Positions 44,646 to 56,384 of a stretch of 64,000 nucleotides of DNA are shown piece after piece. Source of the DNA: an uncultured Methanomicrobiaceae archaeon (lineage in GTDB: Archaea; Halobacteriota; Methanomicrobia; Methanomicrobiales; Methanoculleaceae). The notes under the pieces were generated by a model. The model saw nothing but the letters and a program-made list of their open reading frames with translations. It did no database searches and had not been told where the DNA came from. The stretch is from the NCBI GenBank assembly GCA_963826525.1, contig CAWGXH010000005.1, forward strand, positions 224,001 to 288,000, read 5' to 3'. The translations under genes and the position numbers were made by a program. Within the stretch, counting starts at the first letter, position 1. The number at the start of each line of letters is the position of its first letter.

Positions 44646-47600
44646 TCAGCCGCGTTCCCAGGATTCTGAAACCCGAAGCACGGTCAGCGAGGCACCTGCC
44701 GCTCCCTCAATCCGGTCGAGGTCAAAGACCCGCTCGCCGCCCCGTGCACGGCAGAACTCCTGGAGGTCGAGCATATGCAGCAGACCTAAAGAAGCCTGTT
44801 CGTTCTGCAGCAGGTCGAGCGGCGGTTCGAGGAGCGGCCGCGGCAGGAAGACGATGCATTTCGACCGGCTCCGGGTCACCGAGACGTTCAGCCGGTTCCT
44901 GCTGTAGATGAACTCCGCCTCGGAGAGCGCCGTCTCGAGATCGCTCACGCCGTAGACTGACGATGACCGCATCGGCCTCCTGCCCCTGCATTTTATCGAC
45001 CGTATCCACGAAGGGGCGGTACTCCCAGTTACGAGTCTCCGCGAGAAGGCTCCGGACGGCATGGATCTGGGCGTGGTGCGGGCTGACGATAAACAGTCCC
45101 TGCCGCCAGAACCGGTAATCGCCGTCTTCCGTTGCGGGATAGGGCATGCCGGTACCGGGATCGGCGAGCCGCTCCCGTAAGCCGGAAGCAAGAAGCGCGA
45201 CTAGCTCCGCTTCCAGCCCGTTCTCGACAGCGGTCCTGACATTCTCAAGGACGCAGAGCACCAGAGGGTACGCCGGATCGAGGATCCATTCGACGAGCTC
45301 CCGGTCGGGCGACGCCGACGAGGCCGGGAGGAGGGGGAGCCGCTGTCGGGCGATCGCATCGGTCGCAGGAGCGTAGCCGGAACCGTAGAGCGTCTCCGCC
45401 GGGAACCGCGAAAGGGTGGCGTTCATCCGCCAGTTCTCGAGGAGCTGGCAGGTGAAAGTCGGATTATCGGGGTCGTCCCGGTGGCGGAGATAGGCAAATA
45501 TGGAGTCCTCAAGCCCCGGCAGCCCGTCTTCGGGCATGGGATACTCACCGAGCACGATAGGGGGGAGCTGCAGGTCGTCCCCGGCAAGGATCAGCCGCCC
45601 GTCCTCGCCGAGAGCCGTGATCACGAGAGCCAGCTCGGCCGGTTTCATCTGCGAAGCCTCATCGACGATGAGGATATCGAGGGACGGGAGGAACTTCTCG
45701 AGCCTGCCGAAACTGTGCACCGTCCCGCCGAGGACGAGGGCAGGGTAGTCGACGACGCTCTCGACCCGGTCGTGGGGGAGCACCTGCAGGCACCGCTCGC
45801 CTTTGGCCGTCCGCAGGTCGCGGAGTTTATACAGGGGAAGATCGGCGGCAAGGCCGTACTCGTCGATGGACTCCTGCATCTTGACGAGCAGGTTCTCGAT
45901 CGCGGCGTGGGTGAAGGCCGTCACCCCCACCCGGACCCTTCTCCCGTGCACCTTTCTCGCTTTGACGAGGGCAAGGACGGCGGCAGCGAGAAAATGCGTC
46001 TTCCCGGTCCCGGGAGGTCCCCAGACCAGGGTGAGACGGTTTGCAAGCATCCTCTCAAACGCCCTCGCCTGGCTCGGCGTGAATCCGGCTTTGCCTGCAA
46101 GCAGACCGGCCTCTCTCCGGATCGCTTCGGGTTCGGGCACCGGAGCTGCGAATGAGTGCGGATCGTCGAGGAGGCGGAGGAAGGCGTTATCCGGTTCTGC
46201 ATCCAGTTCGAGGAGGCGCTCCCGGTACCGGTCGGCCGTAAAATCGGTGAAACGGGGATGCAGCACCGCTTGGTCCCCCTCGGAGAAGGGTGCATGCCCG
46301 CGGCCGTACCCCACCTCGAGGGCGAACCCCTTGATCAAGCCCGCTTTCCGATCGGCGATCGTATCGCTGACCCTCGCAAAGCAGACGCCGCTCTTTCCCG
46401 GGTTCATGCTGTCCCGGTAGCGGGGATCGTCAAAACCCGCCTGCGCCTGTTCGCCTGCGTCGCCGTCCGGCACAAGGAGGTAACTGAACGTCGCCGACTG
46501 GTCAAAGAGCATACTATCGATCGGGCTCTGCACCTTCCAGAAGTTCCCCATGCTCTTCCGGACGGGTATGCTGATCCCGTCACGCACCCGTGCAGCCCAC
46601 GGCCGGCTTCGGAGTTCCTGCACCCGCCGGGCACCGAGCGCGGACTCATACTCCATGATAAAGAGGAGGCGCGATATCTCGGGGGTGGCAACGTCCCACT
46701 GCCGGGGAAACCTGAAGTTCGCGGGCCACCGCACGAGACCGCCCCGCACCCGCTCCCGGAGGCCGTCGAGCAGGCTCCCGGTCGCGAGCAGGCGGCGGGA
46801 GAGTTCGCTCCGGATCCAGTCGATACCCTCCGGCTTCGTCCCGCCCCATGCCATGACGATCGCGTCGCCCTTGAGAGCGTTGCCGTGATCGTGCCAGAAG
46901 AGGCTTCCCGGGTTCAGCTCGAAGGCAAACCGTGAACTCTTGATCTCCCGGACGACCTCGGGCATCCTGAGAGAGAACGGGACGGGGAGCGCGAGCAGCC
47001 GCCGGAATCTCCCGGGTCAGGACGACGAGCGGGTAGGTGACGGCGGTGTTCGGGTGGCTTTGCCCGTCGGCCATCCCGGCATCCTGGTAGTAGAAGCGGA
47101 GCAGTAAGGCATCCTCGGCGACATCGGGATCGCCGAGCGCGTCGGTGAGAAGGCGGGAGAAGAGATCTGCTTCGTAGGTATCGTAGACGTAGGTCTGCAC
47201 CGACTTCTGGTCGGCCCATTCGCGCTGCCGGTTGTAGTCGTGGACTGTCCGAAGCTCGCCGGCGAGCGCCCGGATGTACTCCCTCTGCACCCGGATGCAG
47301 TCATCGGGGTCTTCTGCAACGAGGAGAACCTCGTGCGACGGGGATCCGTAGACCGCATCGCCCCTGAACCGGCGGAATCCCGCGGCATAGATCCGTCCCG
47401 AGACGGGATCGCGCTGGAGGGTTGTGATGATCCCGATATCCTCGTAGATCGGGAGCGCCCGTGAAGTTCCGGTGTGGGGGACCACCTCGCCGGTCTCGAG
47501 CGCCCGCACGGTCGCGGAGAGGCGGTCGCGCTGGTGTGCGAACGAGCCGCAAGCGTTCAGGTGCCGGTCGCTATCGGGCGTCTCGAGGAATCGTGCCAGT

Positions 47601-48439
47601 TCCGGGAGGGTATTGATGCCGAGGTCGTCCCGGAGATACCTGCGCCCGATGGTCGAGAGGCCGGGAATGAGCGAGACCGATCGGCACGAGGCTGCTTCCG
47701 CCCGGCAGCTCCCGGAGAACTCGCAGGACTCGCACCGGGAGGTGAGGTGCCAGGAGACCTCACCGGGCGGAGCGGCAAGGATCGCCGGGAGGCGGAAGCG
47801 GAGGAACTCTTCGATCACCCTGATGTTCAGGGAGAGATCGAATGTCTCCGGCTCGTCCCGGTCGTAGAGCCAGATCCCTGCCCGGCGCATATCGACCGGA
47901 CGGTCGATGCCGAGTAGGTTCAGGGCATGGTCGAGGAACAGGGTATACAGTGTCGCCTGGATGCGGTGACTGACGCTGAGCTCCTCGCTCGCCTTGATGT
48001 CGATGACCCGAAGTGCGGTCCCGTCACGCACCACCAGGTCGGGGCGGCAGGGGGCAAACCGGTGCACCGCCGGATCGAGCCCGTACTTCTGCAGGAAGTG
48101 GATGGAGACCGGAATCGTAGGCTGGTAGATCGCTTCACCGGGTGCGAGACCCGCGAGCAGTTCGAAACTCTCCTCGATAGAGAAGGAACGATCGGCGAGC
48201 GCGCCTGCTCCGTCGGGGATCCGAACCCTGCCTGCACATCTGGTGCGGATCACCTGCTCCTCCCACGCGATGCCCGCATCGAGGAGTGCCGCCGTCACCG
48301 GGCTCGTATCGGGACCGGCCGCGGGGATGCCGGATGCCTCACGCTCCTGTTCCGGGGTCGCATGATAGCGGAGGTAGCGGTCGCAGTCGTGGTAGAAGTA
48401 CGACCCGATGAGCGACGGACTGAGATTGAACCTGACCAT
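44646..48439 (-). CDS. Cas4/Dna2/RecB-like PD-(D/E)xK nuclease fused to a Upf1/Dna2-type SF1 helicase (frameshifts near 47010 and 44955)
   Basis: HDCDRY plus CESCEFSGSC (Fe-S staple), RPDL..IDIK..IQATLY; helicase motifs WGPPGTGKT, DEASQ, GDDLQLPP, NWRM, SPHHAQ, TVDKMQGQE, NRLNVSVTRS. Confidence 0.88.
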
Positions 48440-48668
48440 AGCGGATCACGTATGCCGATGAGGGGAGGGGCGCTGAATAAGAACAATATTCGTGGGGCAG
48501 GGAGAAAACAGTTATTCTTTCAGGCGGAGTACAGATTGCACGCTTTTCCTCTGTCCGGGATCGGAACGGTGGTTTCGGGCGTGCAGACCCGGGATATCGG
48601 GATCTCCGGCCACCACAGTGCGAGGCGAAAAACAGGTGGGAGCGATCGGGGCGTGGTCCTGTATCTCC

Positions 48669-48880
48669 TCATCTCTTCGCAATACGCATCTCCTGGCGCT
48701 TTGCGATCATTCGCTCTCCCGTTGTTGTCTGGACGTCGGGTGTTTCCGGTGGCAGACTGCTTTCGGGAGGGCCTTCGTCGATATCCTTCTGAACAGGATC
48801 GTAGACAAACATCCGTTCCTTTCTCGTCGAACGGCTTCTCGGGGTTGGGTCGTTTCCTACCTCTGCGTCTCTTTTGCCAT
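48669..48880 (-). CDS. Possible small Pro/acidic hypothetical protein (frameshifted)
   Basis: GAGGGGG RBS-like sequence then MAKETQ; downstream frame MFVYDPVQKDIDEGPPESSLPPETPDVQTTTGERMIAKRQEMRIAKR. Confidence 0.3.
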
Positions 48881-49179
48881 AATTATCACTTCCCCCTCGG
48901 ATAGACCCCATCCTATACATGAGCCCGGTATGTAAATCTCCCGGCGGATAGCGTGACCGTAAGCACGGGTAACCATTCTTCGGTCGATGACCGGGAAAGA
49001 GCGGACAGCCACCGGATATCGACGAACCTTGCGGATTTTGCCGTCGGCAGGCCCCTCTCCCGTGAAGAATGCCGGAGCAGTGCAAAGATGGTCGTTGCCC
49101 GGGTCATCCGTAAAGCCGCAAACATCCGGGAGCCTCTTGATGAAACCGTCTCCGTTCGCCCCGCTATGGACGGCGGAGA

Positions 49180-49893
49180 TCAGCCTGGTATAAGCGGCCT
49201 TTCGACCCGCGCCCCGTCTCTCATCCTTCTCAGGTAGGCTTCCTCTGTCTTTGCCCACTCGACCTTCGAGTACATCTCGTTCCCGGTAAGCCACCTTCTC
49301 CGGGGAAGATCGTACTCGGCATGGATGCGCATATTCTTCCCGAGAGTTACCCGCACGACATCAAAGGTCGTCTGGAGCGGGCGGAGATTCTGGTGACGCT
49401 GCAGTTCGTTCCAGAGCAGGTCCGCCTCACGTCGGTGGAGGTGCCGCGCTATCGTAATATGCAGCGCTTTCTCCTCAGGATACAGATCCGTCCGGTTCTC
49501 GGCCTGCGCGATAGGGATGTTCGGCGGGAAGATCGAGAAATGAAAGAGCCTTTTGGAGAGGGGATGCCAGAACCCGATAAGATCGCGCGAGGGGATGACC
49601 CTGTGTGCGATAGCCTGGTTCTGTACGGAATGATTGGTAAGCCGGATGAACCCGTCGACGCTGACCGTGAGGCGATCGAACGGTTCGGCCGCATCTTCGA
49701 TGACCGACTTCAGCCTCTCCTCCGAGAAGTTCGCGCGAGGCCAGAAATGGCTGACCAGGGTAATGTGCGGATACCACTGGATCTGGCTGGTCAGCCGGAA
49801 GGCGCCCGCTATCTCGCGAGCAATTTGGGTAAACTTCCCGTCGTGCATCGTGATGTGCAGGTTATAGCAGTCAGGCTGCGGGGGCATCGGCAT
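49180..49893 (-). CDS. 2H phosphoesterase (2'-5' RNA ligase superfamily)
   Basis: Two HxT motifs, YPHITLV and ALHITIA; intact 237 aa. Confidence 0.8.
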   Translation of the reverse strand: MPMPPQPDCYNLHITMHDGKFTQIAREIAGAFRLTSQIQWYPHITLVSHFWPRANFSEERLKSVIEDAAEPFDRLTVSVDGFIRLTNHSVQNQAIAHRVIPSRDLIGFWHPLSKRLFHFSIFPPNIPIAQAENRTDLYPEEKALHITIARHLHRREADLLWNELQRHQNLRPLQTTFDVVRVTLGKNMRIHAEYDLPRRRWLTGNEMYSKVEWAKTEEAYLRRMRDGARVERPLIPG

Positions 49894-50172
49894 GCAATTG
49901 CTCTTTTTGGTTCAAGAATCTTTTTCATGCCGGCCCCTGTATTGCAGGAAGAGCGTCTCTGAAAAAGAAACCAGCGTGTCGGGAACCGTGAAGTGATATC
50001 ATTACGGAGCCCGTTTCGCTTCCCGGCGCCGGCAAACCGTCGATGGATCGCTCGACGGCGGCATATTCGGTCATGAAGATTGGCGCACCGGTAAGGCCGC
50101 AAGCACGGGATAGGGTACATCCTTGCGGCCTTTCAGGGATCAGGTCTCTTTGGTTGTGCACTCGGTACTCCC

Positions 50173-50532
50173 TCATGATGCGTTTTCTCCGGCATCGGGC
50201 ATCTCCGGAGCGGCGATCCGGGGGATGGCCAGTGCAGGGATGGTGATCGACCCGATCACGAGGATAACGGCGTTGATGAGTGCCGCAAGAAGTGAGAAAC
50301 GCCGGTAGCCGTAGGAGAAGAGTGATGTGCGCTCCCGGCGGGCGGCACGCTTGAAGAACCAGGAGAGACGGAGGGAGAAGGAGTCCCCGAGGTCGTGCAG
50401 CGCGTTGGCCGTGATCGCAAGGCTCCCGGTATACGCCCCGCCGATAGACTCGAGGAGCGTAAAGGAGAGGTTTAAGAAGAAAGCTGTCCGGATATTCCGC
50501 TCGCTGCGGTCTTTCCGGGGTTCCGGGGGCAT
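50173..50532 (-). pseudogene. Truncated CDF (CzcD-like) cation transporter
   Basis: AFFLNLSFTLLE.IGG..TGSLAI.ANALHDLGDS, FSYGYRRFSLLAALIN; only about three TM helices remain and the rest is absent. Confidence 0.75.
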
Positions 50533-50748
50533 AATTTCTCAATCTGCAAGTCTGCAGAAGACCATTTGTCTGCCTGGCTGACGGCTTGATATCAGGCAGG
50601 CGTCCGGTCGGTGATGCCGACCCGGAGTACGATCTCGAAGGGCCGCCCTGATATGCGCAGTCTCCGATCAGGGGATAGAACAGCAAAAGTTTTGCCTCCG
50701 GGGATCAATCATACTGGACAAGCGTTGCGGCGCCCCCTCACTGGAACC

Positions 50749-52467
50749 ATGACATATGCCGATCGGACCGAACCGCTGCTCTTTGCCATGGCGCTTGACG
50801 ATCTGGATGATGCCATCCTGATACTCAACGAAGAGCGGCGAATATTCGGGGTCAACAGAGCCTTGCAGAATCTCCTTCGGATCAGGCAGGAAGAGGTTAT
50901 CGGAGCGGATGCCCTTGAGTTTACCAGGGATGTTCTTGCACCGCTGCTCGGGGATGCGGCGGCGCGGTGCATCACGGATACCCTCTCCCGCCGGGCTGGG
51001 GCAGAGCCGATCACCTGCTGGATGCGGGATCCCGCCGGTGCCGGGAGATCCGTCTCCATCACCATTCATCCCCCAAGAGGCGAGTACCAGGCTGTCCGGA
51101 TCCGCGATATCACCGATACGGAGCACTGTCGTTACGTTAAGATTGCACTTGATCACTCCCCGGTGGTTGTTTTCACCCAGGGTACCGATCTCCGCTACAC
51201 CTGGACGTACAACCAGCAGTTCGGGCAGACCGATACCGGGATGATCGGGAAGACCGATGACGAGATCTTCTCACCGGACGATGCCGCCCGGCTGACCGCG
51301 CTCAAGCAGCGGGTACTTGCGACCGGGGAGGTTATTCATGAGAGTGTCCCCCTCGTCATCGGCGGCATTCAGCGTGTCCGGGAGATGACGCTCGAACCCC
51401 TTCGCGATATGCGAGATCGGATCATCGGCATCGCAGGCGCGGCGTATGACGTCACCGAGCAGCAGAAGAACGAGTACGCTCTCAAGGAGAGCGAGGATAG
51501 GTTCCGCGGCATCTTCGAGAACGCGGGCATAGGTATCATGCTTGCAGATCTGGACGGCCGTATCCTCGAATGCAATCAGGTGTTCCAGGCGATGCTCGGG
51601 TATGCCGCAGGGGAACTTGCGGAAAAGACACTGAGCGAGATCATCCACCCGGGCGATCTCGCAGCAAGTCTGCGCCGCTATACGGAGATGCGTGCCGGAA
51701 ACCTTGAGCGGTTCCTGAGCGAAAAACGGTACGTCACGAAAGGCGGTCACGTTATCTGGGGCCGTCTGTCCGCCTCGCTGCTGCGGGATGCGGCCGGCCG
51801 GCCGTATCGCACCATCGGTACGATTGAAGATATCACCGAACGGAAGCGGATGGAGAACGATCTTGCCTACCATGCCGACCTCCTCGACCGGGTAAACGAT
51901 GCGCTCATCGCAACCGATGAGCATTTTATAGTGACGGCATGGAACCGGGCTGCCGAAGAGATGTACGGCTGGAAGGCGGACGAGGCGCGCGGACGCTGCA
52001 TATCGGAGTTCGTTCGCCCGGAGAATCCCGGTGCCGGGCAGAAGGAGCTCTTCGATGCTGCGGTTACAACCGGGCAGTACCGTGCCGAGACCGTTCATCA
52101 CCGCCGGGACGGCAAGCCGATCCATATAGAGTCGAGTATCACCCCGCTTTTTGACGCCCAGAACCACGTAACCGGATACATCACCGTCAACCGGGATATC
52201 CTCGAGCGCAAACTGGCTGAAATGGTGAAAAAGAAGGCTTTCGACCAGATAGAGCAGAATATGGAACAGTTTGCGATCCTCGGCGACCACATCCGCCACC
52301 CTCTCCAGGTGATCCTGGCGCGGGCGGATCTCCTCGGAGACGAGGCAGCGGCGGAGAGGATCCGCGAGCAGGTCGTCAGGATCAACGATCTGATCAGGCA
52401 GCTCGATCAGGGCTGGGTCGAGTCAAGTAAAATCCGGGAGTTTCTCCGGAGGAATGAACTGGTCTGA
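50749..52467 (+). CDS. Four-PAS sensor with DHp-like C-terminal tail, no HATPase
   Basis: Four PAS/PAC repeats, then EQFAILGDHIRHPLQVI...LDQGWVESSKIREFLRRN and stop; ORF intact. Confidence 0.88.
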   Translation: MTYADRTEPLLFAMALDDLDDAILILNEERRIFGVNRALQNLLRIRQEEVIGADALEFTRDVLAPLLGDAAARCITDTLSRRAGAEPITCWMRDPAGAGRSVSITIHPPRGEYQAVRIRDITDTEHCRYVKIALDHSPVVVFTQGTDLRYTWTYNQQFGQTDTGMIGKTDDEIFSPDDAARLTALKQRVLATGEVIHESVPLVIGGIQRVREMTLEPLRDMRDRIIGIAGAAYDVTEQQKNEYALKESEDRFRGIFENAGIGIMLADLDGRILECNQVFQAMLGYAAGELAEKTLSEIIHPGDLAASLRRYTEMRAGNLERFLSEKRYVTKGGHVIWGRLSASLLRDAAGRPYRTIGTIEDITERKRMENDLAYHADLLDRVNDALIATDEHFIVTAWNRAAEEMYGWKADEARGRCISEFVRPENPGAGQKELFDAAVTTGQYRAETVHHRRDGKPIHIESSITPLFDAQNHVTGYITVNRDILERKLAEMVKKKAFDQIEQNMEQFAILGDHIRHPLQVILARADLLGDEAAAERIREQVVRINDLIRQLDQGWVESSKIREFLRRNELV

Positions 52468-52748
52468 AGCCAGGCGGCTGTATGCCTGCCCTGCCGATCA
52501 ATACCTAAAGCCAGCCTCTGTAATACCCGTGACGATAGCAATACGGTATATCTCTCCTGCCCCCCTGCTCAATGCAGATCTGCGACACGTATGGAACCGG
52601 TATGCCGAAAGCGGCTGAGGGCAGCCGGGAATGGAGCCAGGGTCCTGCGCAAGCGAACGACTCTCTCGAATGCCGGTAAAACCAGGATGCGTCACCGAAA
52701 GAGATATCCCCCTGCAGAACCCCGATGCCGGCACAGGGGGTATACCCG

Positions 52749-53030
52749 ATGGTTGATGTCGTCAAGCGAGACGGGAGAAGAGAGCCGTTCGTTCCCGAAA
52801 AGATCACGGTCAGCGCCGTGAAGGCCGGCGCACCGCCCGAAGAGGCACGTCGGATTGCAAAGGCGGTCGAGCGGGTTGCACGCGATGGTATCTCGACGGA
52901 TGAGATCCGACGCCGTGTGCTCGAACAGCTCCGGGATCAGAACCGCACATGGGAGCAGAACTGGATAATCTATGACCAGGCCGTAAAAAAGCGTACCGAA
53001 CAGGAGATCCCACAGCCTGTCGGCCACTGA
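52749..53030 (+). CDS. Stand-alone ATP-cone domain protein
   Basis: VVKRDGRREPFVPEKI..S..KAG, ISTDEIRRRVLEQL; 93 aa. Confidence 0.85.
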   Translation: MVDVVKRDGRREPFVPEKITVSAVKAGAPPEEARRIAKAVERVARDGISTDEIRRRVLEQLRDQNRTWEQNWIIYDQAVKKRTEQEIPQPVGH

Positions 53031-53431
53031 TCCTCTGGAGGGTTTCCCGGGTTCTGCCGGAACACCGGGAGGCGTTCCCGACTGCATTTTTCTGCAATTG
53101 GTATCCCGAACAACAGGTGCCTTCTTTGTTATCGGAGCCCCGTATCCCCGGTTTCGATGCGTACTCCGGCGAACCCATCCGCTGGGTCTGACAGGTCAGG
53201 CGGAGCAGTGCCCCCTCCCGGCAGATGGCCGATCGTTCTCCCGTGAGGGCTGGTATAAGACCTGCTTTTTCTAAAATAAACTCCATTTCGGAATAAACCG
53301 GGCAATGCCCGACAGGAGCAGGGATCAGTTGGATTTCGAGCCGTGCTGTTTTAGTATCCAGGTACTATTGGATTTTTCCAATCCCATAGGACTAAATCTT
53401 CGAACGGATGGATTGGTAGAACACAGGGCAT

Positions 53432-56355
53432 ATGGGGGCTGACCGATTCCGGCGGACATGACAGCCAGGGAAAGAAGGGCCTATCGGCGGGTGCCCCGGT
53501 ATCCCGCCATCTCTGGAGGACGGATACCTCACCGCCACTCCTGATCTGGCCATCACCTGGCTAAACCCGGCTATGGAACGCATGCTGGGAGTAGCGGAAG
53601 AAGCGGTGCGAGGAGCATCTGCTCTGGAGCTACTCGCTTCGCACCTCATCCCGCTGATCCCTGATGGTGACCCCTGTAAAACAACACTCTTCAACACGCT
53701 TCTGCAAGGTGAGGAGGTCGGCCATCTCATATGCCGGATCCGGAGCCCGACCTATTCGGGCCGGGTCGAGGTACTCGAGCACCAGAGTCCCCGTGAATGA
53801 AACCACCGATATGGTATGGCTCATCCACCTGCGCAGGATCACCGGAGAGAAACTGGTCGAAACCGAACTGCAACAGTGCCGGAGGAACGCATCTATCCTC
53901 TCGGAAGCGGCAACCGAACTTGTCGGACTGTCCCCGGATGCCGATATCTATGCCGTCATCGGCAGGCATCTCCACACCCTTATTCCCGGCTCGACGGTTA
54001 TCGTCAGTACCGGCCGATATCCGGAGAGGTACCCTGACGACGCGGGCGGTCGTCGGGGATGAGGCCCTGCTGGCCGGCGTGATGCAGATCCTCGGTGCGA
54101 ACCTGCGGGGGATCACGCTCGCCCTGCCGCAGGCGATCCGCTCCATCATGCTGGAAGGGAGCATTGAGACGATTCCAGGCGGCCTTGCGGCGGCGGTGTT
54201 CGGGCAGATCCCGGAGGAGATCTGTTGCAGGATCGAGGAGTATGCCCGCTTTGGAGCAGTATACGGCATTCCGTTCACCTGGAAGGGCGAAATCTTCGGA
54301 TCTGCAGTGATCCTTACCAACCAGGATGCCGCAGAGATCAATAGAGATGCTGTCGATACATTCCGCAGCCTGGCCGCCATTGCACTGCAACGGCGGTGCG
54401 CCGAGGAGAAACTTCGAGAGGATGAAGAGATGTTCCGGCTGCTCACCGAGCACGCTCAGGATATCATCTACCGCTTCGCCTACACCCCGGTTCCGCACTT
54501 CGCGTACGTGAGCCCGTCGGCATCCGCGATCATGGGCTACACACCGGAGGAGTTCTATGCCGACCCCGGTCTCTACGCCTCGATCGTTCATCCGGACGAC
54601 CGGGAGAAACTCACTCCCCTGATCGCAGCGGGATATCAGCGAGAGCGTAACCCTCACCCTCCGCGAGAGAAGGAAGGACGGAGCGGTTCTCTGGATGGAG
54701 CACCACGTCACGCCCATCTTCGACGATGCCGGGAACCTGATTGGCATCGAGGGGATCGGGCGGGATATCACGGAGCGGAAACGGGTGGAGGAGCAGCTGC
54801 GGATCCGGGACGCAGCCATCGAGTCGTCCCCAACACCGTTCATCATCACGACGCCGGAAGGCACCATCACCTCTGCAAACGCCGCGGCGCTCGACCAGTT
54901 CGGGTACAGCGATCTCGACACCCTTATCGGCCGGAACATCCGGGAGTTTGCGCCGAGCCCCGACGATACGGAGGCGATCGGCCGGGCACTGCTCAAGATC
55001 GGCAGTTACCACGGGGAGATCACCGGTCGGAGGCGCGACGGTAGAGCGACTACCATCCTCCTCTCCGCCAGCGCCATCACCGGCGCTGCAGGACAGCCCT
55101 CCCGCATCGCCGTCTCTTTCGTCGATATCGGGGATCGAAAGCGGGTGGAGGACGAACTGAAACGGCGCACCCGGTACTTTTCGGTATTGAACGAAGTCAT
55201 CGGGGTTTCGGTCGCATCGCTCTCGCTCGACGAAATGCTCGAATCCGTGCTGCGGAAGGTCCTGTCCATGCTGGATATCGACCGCGGGGCCGTCTACCTC
55301 CTCGATCCGCAGCCGGAATCAGGCAATCCTTCGCAATCACCACGGAATCCCGGAGGCGTACCTTGCACGGAACCGGATACTCGACACCCATAACCGGCCT
55401 GAAAACATCGTCTTCATCACCGGGCAGCCCCGGTACGTCATCAGGACACCCGGGATCAGCGCTTCCGGGAATAGGCTCTTAAAAAGGCTCGATGTCTCCG
55501 CTCTCGCCTGCATCCCCCTGCTCGCCGATTCGGTCGTTGTCGGGGCGATTCTATCTCGGAAGCAGGAAACGGACGGTTTTTTCACCCGATGAAAAGACCA
55601 TCCTCGAGGCGGTAGGCCGTGCTATCGGTTCTGCAATCCTCAAGATGATGCTTCTGCAGCAGCTGGAGGACGCTCACCTGGAGGCGAACCTCTACCTCGA
55701 TATCCTCACCCACGACATCGGGAATACCGAAAATGTCTCTACCCTGTACACCGATCTTCTGCTGGAGACGCTTGAGGGAGAGAATGCCCTCTATGCGGAG
55801 AAACTTCGGGCAAGCATCCAGAAGAGTATCGAGATTCTCCGAAGCGTCTCCACCATCCGGAAGATTCACGAGGAGAGCAGGGCGCTCAAACCGGTCAGCC
55901 TCGACGAGGTTATCCAACAGGAGATCAGCCAGTTCCCGTCGGTTTCGATCCGCTACGACGGCTTCCCCGTCACGGTCTGGGCAGACGACCTCCTCGCCGA
56001 GATCCCTGCGAACCTTATCGGAAACGCTGTAAAGTTCGGCGGTCAGGGAGTTTTCGTGACTATCACCGTGGAGGGAACCGGAGACGAGAGCGTCTTCGTA
56101 ACCGTCACCGATACCGGCCCCGGTATTTCCGACGAGCAGAAGGAGGAGATCTTCCAGCGATTTGAGCGGGGCAAAGAGAAAGGCAGGGGCGAAGGGCTCG
56201 GGCTCTACATCGTCAGGATGCTCGTCGAGCGTTACGGTGGCAGGATCTGGGTCGAGGATCGGGTGCCGGGGCACCCGGCTGAAGGAGCGGCATTCCGGTT
56301 CACGCTTCAAGGAGTTACCTGCCGGGATGCAGCGGGCGTTGCGCCGCCGTCATAA
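53432..56355 (+). CDS. PAS/GAF histidine kinase (multiple frameshifts; start uncertain)
   Basis: PAS, GAF, PAS, PAS, GAF segments, then H-box LTHDIGN, NLIGNAVK, DTGPG, GLGLYIV. Confidence 0.85.
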
Positions 56356-56384
56356 TGGAGTAGTCGTCAGAAAAAAAGGAGCGG

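Noticed and set aside
47400-48439. Cas4 as evidence of a CRISPR-Cas locus
   Set aside because: The Cas4-like domain is the N-terminus of a helicase fusion; no cas1, cas2 or array is present in the window
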